Shown here piece after piece: positions 58,079 to 64,000 of a stretch of DNA of 64,000 nt. The position numbers and the translations under genes are program-made. The DNA lies in NCBI RefSeq assembly GCF_963921235.1, contig NC_086109.1, positions 11,966,001 to 12,030,000 of the forward strand. The letters run 5' to 3'. This stretch comes from Mobula hypostoma. Its lineage: Eukaryota. The notes under the pieces were generated by a model, which was not told the origin of the DNA, did no database searches, and saw only the letters and a program-made list of their open reading frames with translations. The stretch's first letter is position 1. Every line of letters starts with the position of its first letter.

Positions 58079-59172
58079 TCATAAAAGCATGCAGACATAG
58101 TCAAGAGGTTCAGTTGTTGCTCGGGCCAAACAAAGGAAATGAGGAGGAAATCGGTGAAACCCGACGCAGATTTGGGGACCGCTTCATCAAGCACCTCCGC
58201 CAAAACAGACAGGATCTCTCAGTAGCCACCCACTTCAACTCTGCTTCCCACTCCCATTCAGATATATCCATACATGGCCTCTTCTACTGCCATGATGAGG
58301 CTAAACTCAGGTTGGAGGAACAAAACCTCATATACCATCTAGGTAGTCTCCAGCCCCTTTGTATGAACATAGAATTCTCCAACTTCCGGTAATTCCCTCC
58401 CCCTCCCTTCCCCTATCCCTATGTCACTCTGCCCCTCTCCCAGCTGCCTATCACCTCTCTCATGGTTCCGCCTCCTTCTACTACCCATTGTGTTTTCCCC
58501 TATTCTTTCTGCACCTTTCCTGCCTATCACCTCCCTGCCTCCCCTCCCCCACCCCTTTATCTTTCCCCTTACTGGTTTTTCACCTGGAACCTAACAGCCT
58601 TCTCCTTCCCACCCTCCCCCCACCTTCTTTAAAGGGCCTCTGCCCCTTCCCTCTACAGTCCTGATGAAGGGTTCCGGCCTGAAACATTGACCGATCTTTT
58701 CCACGGATGCTGCCCGACCTGCTGAGTTCCTCCAGCGTGTTGTGAGTTTTGCTTTGACCCCAGCATCTGCAGATTATTTTGTGTTAAATGTGACCTTAGT
58801 AACTTTGATCGTAGAATGATAATTGGTACGAGAAGGGGAGGTTTGAGTATCTCAAAAACTGTTGATCTCCTGGGATTTTCATGCACAACAGTCCCTCGAG
58901 TTTACAGACAATGGTGCGATAAACAAAAAAAGTATCTAGTGAGCAGAAATTCTGAGAGCAAAAATGCCTTGTTAACGAGGCAAGTCAGAGAAGAATGGCC
59001 TGGCTGGTGCAAGCTGACAGAAATATGACAGGAGTTCAAATAATCAGTGTTGTACTGAAAAACAAGTCAAACCTTGAACTGAATGGGCCACGGCAGCAGA
59101 AGACCATGGACATACACTCAGTGGCCACTTTATGAGGTATGGGAGGTAGCTAATAAAGTGGCCACTTAGTGT
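58079..59172 (+). mobile_element. Tc1-like non-autonomous element interrupted by a Penelope fragment
   Basis: Homologous to 44280-44731 on both sides of the 58146-58787 insertion. Confidence 0.65.
58146..58787 (+). mobile_element. Penelope-like element 3' fragment (GIY-YIG endonuclease C-terminus plus 3' repeat)
   Basis: Reads IGETRRRFGDRFIKHLR...VATHFNSASHS...RLEEQNLIYHLGSLQP..MNIEFSNFR*, followed by a C/T-rich tract and the gctgagttcctccagc repeat. Confidence 0.8.
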
Positions 59173-60374
59173 TTAAAGGCAACATCTTGAGAGATGCCCA
59201 TCACATGTTCAGTGGCTTTCAGGGGTAAATGAAATTGTGAATGGGTTCAGTGACCAGCAGTAGAGAGGAAAACTTTTGGCACTGATATTAATGCAGAGTT
59301 ATTTGGGGATAGGCAAGGTCTGCATAAAGATCTTGCAATCTGTTCTGAGGCTGAGCAAGACGAGTAGGAGATTGCTGTTCTTCAGACACATCAACGAGAT
59401 GAGTATTTCTATATTCAGCAAGCTTATCCCCGAGACAAGCATGCCATCACTCCCCAGGACATCTAATGCATGAACCCTTCCCTGAGGAAATATGGATGAG
59501 ACAGGAATCTCTCATCCCTATCCACCAAGGTTTACATTTGACTTCAGATCGAGTCATGTTCATTACTCATTGGTCCACTGAAATGGCCCAGGGAAGACAT
59601 TGATTTTAAGACTATAATGTTACTTGTCATAGTGATCCGTGCAGAATAATATCACATTGCAGCAATGGTAGTCCTGATGTTTCAGCTTAACAGCCTCCAG
59701 ATTTCTCCACCTGGACTTATTCACCCCTCCACCAGGCTCCACACTATTCCCCTTTTCTCCTTATCTGCTTCCACCTCTCACTCACCTCTAAACCCCACCC
59801 CTTTTCCATCCCATTCCATTTGCCTGCTGTGCTTCAGCCTTGAAATCCGTCCAATGTTTCCATATCCTTCCTGCTATGTGGCAAACACAACTGCACACCA
59901 TACCCAACTGTTGCCAAACCATATTTTTATACATTTGCAACATGAATTGCTGAATGCTGTTTGCTGCCGCAATGTCATAAGCTCTCTTTCCAACTACTTT
60001 ACTATCTCCCTCTGTTCCAAATTTCAGGGAGATATGGACTTACACTCCAAGATTTGGACATCATTCTGGATCTTGCCTTGATGATAATTCAGTCAAACGT
60101 GTTCTGGGGAACTTGCTACTGAGGAAGGAGTGATGTAGAAGGGCTTATCATACACATTCAGCATACAGTACTTCTATTCAATTCCATAGCTTCTGCCCGA
60201 CCTGCTGAATTCCTCCAGCATTTTGAATGTGTTGCTTTTGGTTTCATTGTAGTGCAAGGGTTGAGGTGATTCAAGAACATGCATTGTATAGTATGCGTGC
60301 AGAGTCTATTGCTTCAGGCACTGCTGTCATCTGTGTCAGGATGTGGTTAGAACCTCTGTTTTCTAACATCTTAC

Positions 60375-60444
60375 CAAGCAAAATATAGGGAAGTACCATA
60401 TACAATACTATATATTGACAAATTATTTTGGTCTCTTCCTGCAT
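60375..60444 (-). other. Candidate leader-like exon, paralog of 48252-48380
   Basis: ATG to phase-1 donor: MQEETKIICQYIVLYMVLPYILL-G|gtaaga. The upstream acceptor is mutated (ctgcac). Confidence 0.3.
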
Positions 60445-62682
60445 TGCACCATCGCTTCTTGGAAAACTTCACCATAATCATGGTGAAATATGCTGATGAG
60501 AACAAGTGCAGAGATCAAAACATTTCAGCAAAGCATTTTATATCAGCAACTAGATCACTGAAAAACAATAACAATTTGATAAAGAAAAGTGAAAATCCAT
60601 TTAACCATTGTGTTTAGACCTCATCCCAATCATGTGCACACCAGCAAATATAACGGTGAGATTGTAAAACTTTTTTCCATTCTGTTGTTGTGAAGTTATC
60701 CAACGACTGCAGCTTTATAAGATATTGGTCAGACGGCACTTGGAATATGATAAACAGTTTTGACCCCCTCATCTTCGAAAGGATGGGCTGTAATTGTAGA
60801 GGGACCAGAGGAGTTTCCTGAGAACAATCCCAGAATCAAAAGGTTAATGTATGAAGCATGTTTGGACCGGTACTCACTGGAGTTGAGAAGAATGGTGAGG
60901 AGGGAAGGATTCTCATTCAACCATCTTGAATAGTGAAGAGTCAAGGACCTAATTGGAGTGTATGTGGAGAGGATGTTTCCTATGGTGAGAGAGTCCCTGA
61001 CCAACAGGTGCAGAATCTGTGGAATTAGATTAGATTATGAAGACACGTAGTCCCCTTTTATTGTCATTTAGTAATGCATGCATTAAGAAATGATACATTA
61101 TTTCCTCCGGTGTGATATCACAAAACACAGGACAAACCAAGACTGAAAAAACTGACAAAACCACATAATTATACATATAGTTACAAACAGTGTAACAATA
61201 CCATAACTTGATGAAGAAAGTCTGTGAGCACCGTAAAGTTCAAAGTTTCTCAAATGTCCCACATCTCTCGCAGACGGGAGAAGGAAGAAAAACTCTCCCT
61301 GCCATGCCGACCACAATCCGACTCTGAGTTATCCGAAAACTTTGAGCTCTGATCAGCTCTCCGACACTGAGTACTGAGCGGCATCTCTGCCAAACGATTC
61401 GATCTCCTTCTCAGTCGCCAAAAGCAAGCAAGGCCGGGGATTTTGAGGCCTACCCTCCGAAAGATTCCCAACCACACAGTAACGACAGCAGTGGATGGGC
61501 GTTTCAGAGATTTCTCCAGATGTTCCTCTGTGCTTTCATGTCCATTCTCCATCAAAACAGAATTGTCCACGGCCCCTATTTAACAGATGCGATACCATTT
61601 TTCGCCTGACAGCTGCGCAAGCACGTCGCGCTGCCATCTTCTCCTCCCGCCGATTCATTGTCACATACGACTGTGGAGGCAAAAACATTGGGGTATATTT
61701 AAAACGGAGTTCGACAGGCTTTTGATTAGAAAGGGTGTCTGAGGTTACAGTGAGATTAGGGTTGAGAGGGATAAATCAGCCATTATAGAATGAGGAACAG
61801 GCTCAATGGGCTGAATGGCCTAATTCTCACCCTATGTCTTATGGTGTGAAGTGATTGGGCAATGCTGGGAGAAAATAGAGCAGGTTGCTTATGTGAAGCA
61901 TCCATTGGTACTTCCCTAAATTCTGCTTTGTAAGACAAGTAAAGAGCACTAAAATTCTTAACTATACCCTTTGAGAATTGCTTTGAGGTTGCCTGGTACA
62001 GGGAAAGGTTCTCTTTCAGAATCAGAATCAGGTTTATTTTCACTGTCTTCAGATGTGAAATTTGTTGTTTTGCAGTGGATAAAAACAAAGCAAGTTCCTT
62101 CCTTCAGGCTATCAATGAGCTCAGGTTTAACAGGTCCAGGTTCACAAGTGGAACCACTGCATCTGGAATTATCTGCAGTTGATCAACACCCATCACATAA
62201 CCCTGTCCTAAAGAGGTCAAGAGCTCCAAACAGACTCTGGTGTTTTTGGTTCACATCCTCACAAAGCAGGTGAGGGATGTAATGTGATTCTCCTCCTTCT
62301 CAGTGGGGCATTTCAAAGTTCAAAATTCAAATTAAATTTATTATCGAAGTACATATATATCACCAACTACTAACTGAATTATAATTGCAAAAATGCAGTT
62401 CATCTTCTCATTTTCCGTGAACATTTATTATCCATTCATGGGTTACAGTAACAGATCAGTACTGAGAAAAGTTACATCTTGTATTTGCAGATTCACACCC
62501 TGATGACCAAAGCAAGCTGCAATAATTTGCAGCTCACTCATTTTATTCAGCACCCAACTTTTATTTCCATTGCTCGTTCTTCTTTAAGAACTTTGTAGAG
62601 TGACTGGAAATTTTCATGCTGTGTCTTTTTCTCACTCCATTTCTGCAAAACGTGTTATGAAAGGTCAGTAATCATGCACCTT

Positions 62683-63591
62683 GCCTTGCCTTGCCTTGTG
62701 CCCTTAACTCCTGGTGGAGTCGTCGGGGCGCTGTCACGCCAAGCTTTGCACCAATCTGTTCCATCTGTCGCGGTTGTGTGCCAGAGCCTGGGTCACCGCA
62801 GATGTTTTCCCTGTCCATTCTTTAATGTTGTCCATCCATCTTTTCCTCTGTCTACCTCTCGTTCTTTTCCCCTCCACAGTTCCTTGTAGAACGGTCTTTG
62901 CAAGGCCGCTGGATCTTGTTACGTGGCCGTACCATCTCAGTTTTATTTTCTTCACTGTTGTGAGAAGGTCTTCATGGGCGCTAACGTGGTGCTGGATGGT
63001 CTTGCTGACCTGCTCGTTTGTGATAAGGTCCAAGTACGAGATGCCCAAGATGTTGCGATAGCATCTCATTTCCAATGCCTGGATCATCCTCTGTAGCTCT
63101 GCTGTGAGAGTCCATGTCTCGCATGCGTACAGGAAGATGGAGAATACCGATGCACGCAGGAGTCTGATCTTGTACTTCATGGTGATGTTGCTGTCCCTCC
63201 ATATTGTTTTGAGTTTGGGTAGTGCAGTCATTGTCTGTGTGGTTCTTGCCAGGACTTCTGGTCTTGATCCTTCATCACTGATGATTGCCCCCAGGTATTT
63301 GAACTGCTGCACTGTTCAAATCTCTCACGTGTTGGCTCTAAGTGCCATACTCTGGTAAACCGCTTCAGCTGGCGGGCTAAACCACATGAGGGGGTGGTGT
63401 TAACATGGCACCACTGGGCGAATGACTTCCATAATGAAGTCACTGGCCGGGACGGTAAGGTTCTCAGGTGAACTCTAACGGCCACGTTTTCGTGACCAAG
63501 GTGAGCCACCTTGTTGGAGGAAATCGGCTGTGGTCAAACCTGGAGAGGGACGTACTCCACCAGGTTTCAGATGCCCAAAACACGCCGCATG
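62683..63591 (-). mobile_element. RTE-clade LINE, 5'-truncated, 9-bp TSD
   Basis: ORF 62734-63312 reads FKYLGAII...KIRLLRASVFSIFLYACETWTL...EMRCYRNILGISY...LRWYGHVTR...RGRQRKRW. (aaggc)n tail; TSD atgcacctt at 62674-62682 and 63592-63600. Confidence 0.9.
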
Positions 63592-64000
63592 ATGCACCTT
63601 ATCAAAGTTGAAAAACTTCATGGCAAATTTATTATCAAAGTATGTCTGTGTCACCATATACTATCCTGAGTTAAATTTCCTTACAGGTATTCACAGCGGA
63701 AGAAAGAAATGCAATAGAATCAATGTAAACTACACACAAAGACTGACAAACTACCAATCTGCAAAGGAAGGCAAACATTGCAAGGGCAATCAAAGTTAAA
63801 GACATAAGTAAATAAATAAGACCAAGATATGAGTTCTGGAGACCTTTAAAGTGAGGCCGTAGGTTGTGTTCAGTGAGTAGTTGAGTGTTGAGTTGAGTTA
63901 AGTTATCCACTCTGATTCTGGAATTGGATTGCTGAACTGTTTCTGAACATGGCCCGTTATTCAGCTCCATGCAGTAACGTAAGAAGGACAAATGCTCTAT

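Overview
Vertebrate, repeat-rich genomic window. The repeat complement (CR1 LINEs, HE1-like SINEs, Penelope-derived repeats, Tc1/Tigger/hAT relics) resembles that of a cartilaginous fish, probably a ray or skate; this is inferred from recall, not from a search. The six-frame ORF track hides the main content: a minus-strand cluster of immunoglobulin-superfamily immune-type receptor exons of the CD300/pIgR/TREM-like type, similar to the MDIR receptors described in skate. Reading splice sites by hand gives a phase-consistent inhibitory receptor model: V (24070-24387), C2-like (22296-22616), stalk (10462-10540), uncharged TM (9641-9732), cytoplasmic exon (6616-6662) and a terminal exon with three ITIMs (4154-4366). 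That terminal exon has an in-frame TGA after the first ITIM. About 50 kb away lies a second membrane-proximal exon chain (56029-57575) with a Lys/Arg-containing TM and a short ITIM-less tail, i.e. an activating-type partner. Between them are five tandem V/C2 ectodomain modules in different states of decay, with CR1 remnants at their junctions. Mobile elements include a young Gmr1-like SCAN-Gag LTR retrotransposon (26089-31046; 4-bp TSD, tRNA-Pro PBS) and an older Gypsy remnant that carries an intronless RBM25 mRNA fragment. There are two N gaps (8780-8910, 36857-36985). No leader exon could be assigned with confidence. All assignments come from manual reading and motif recall; no database search was run.
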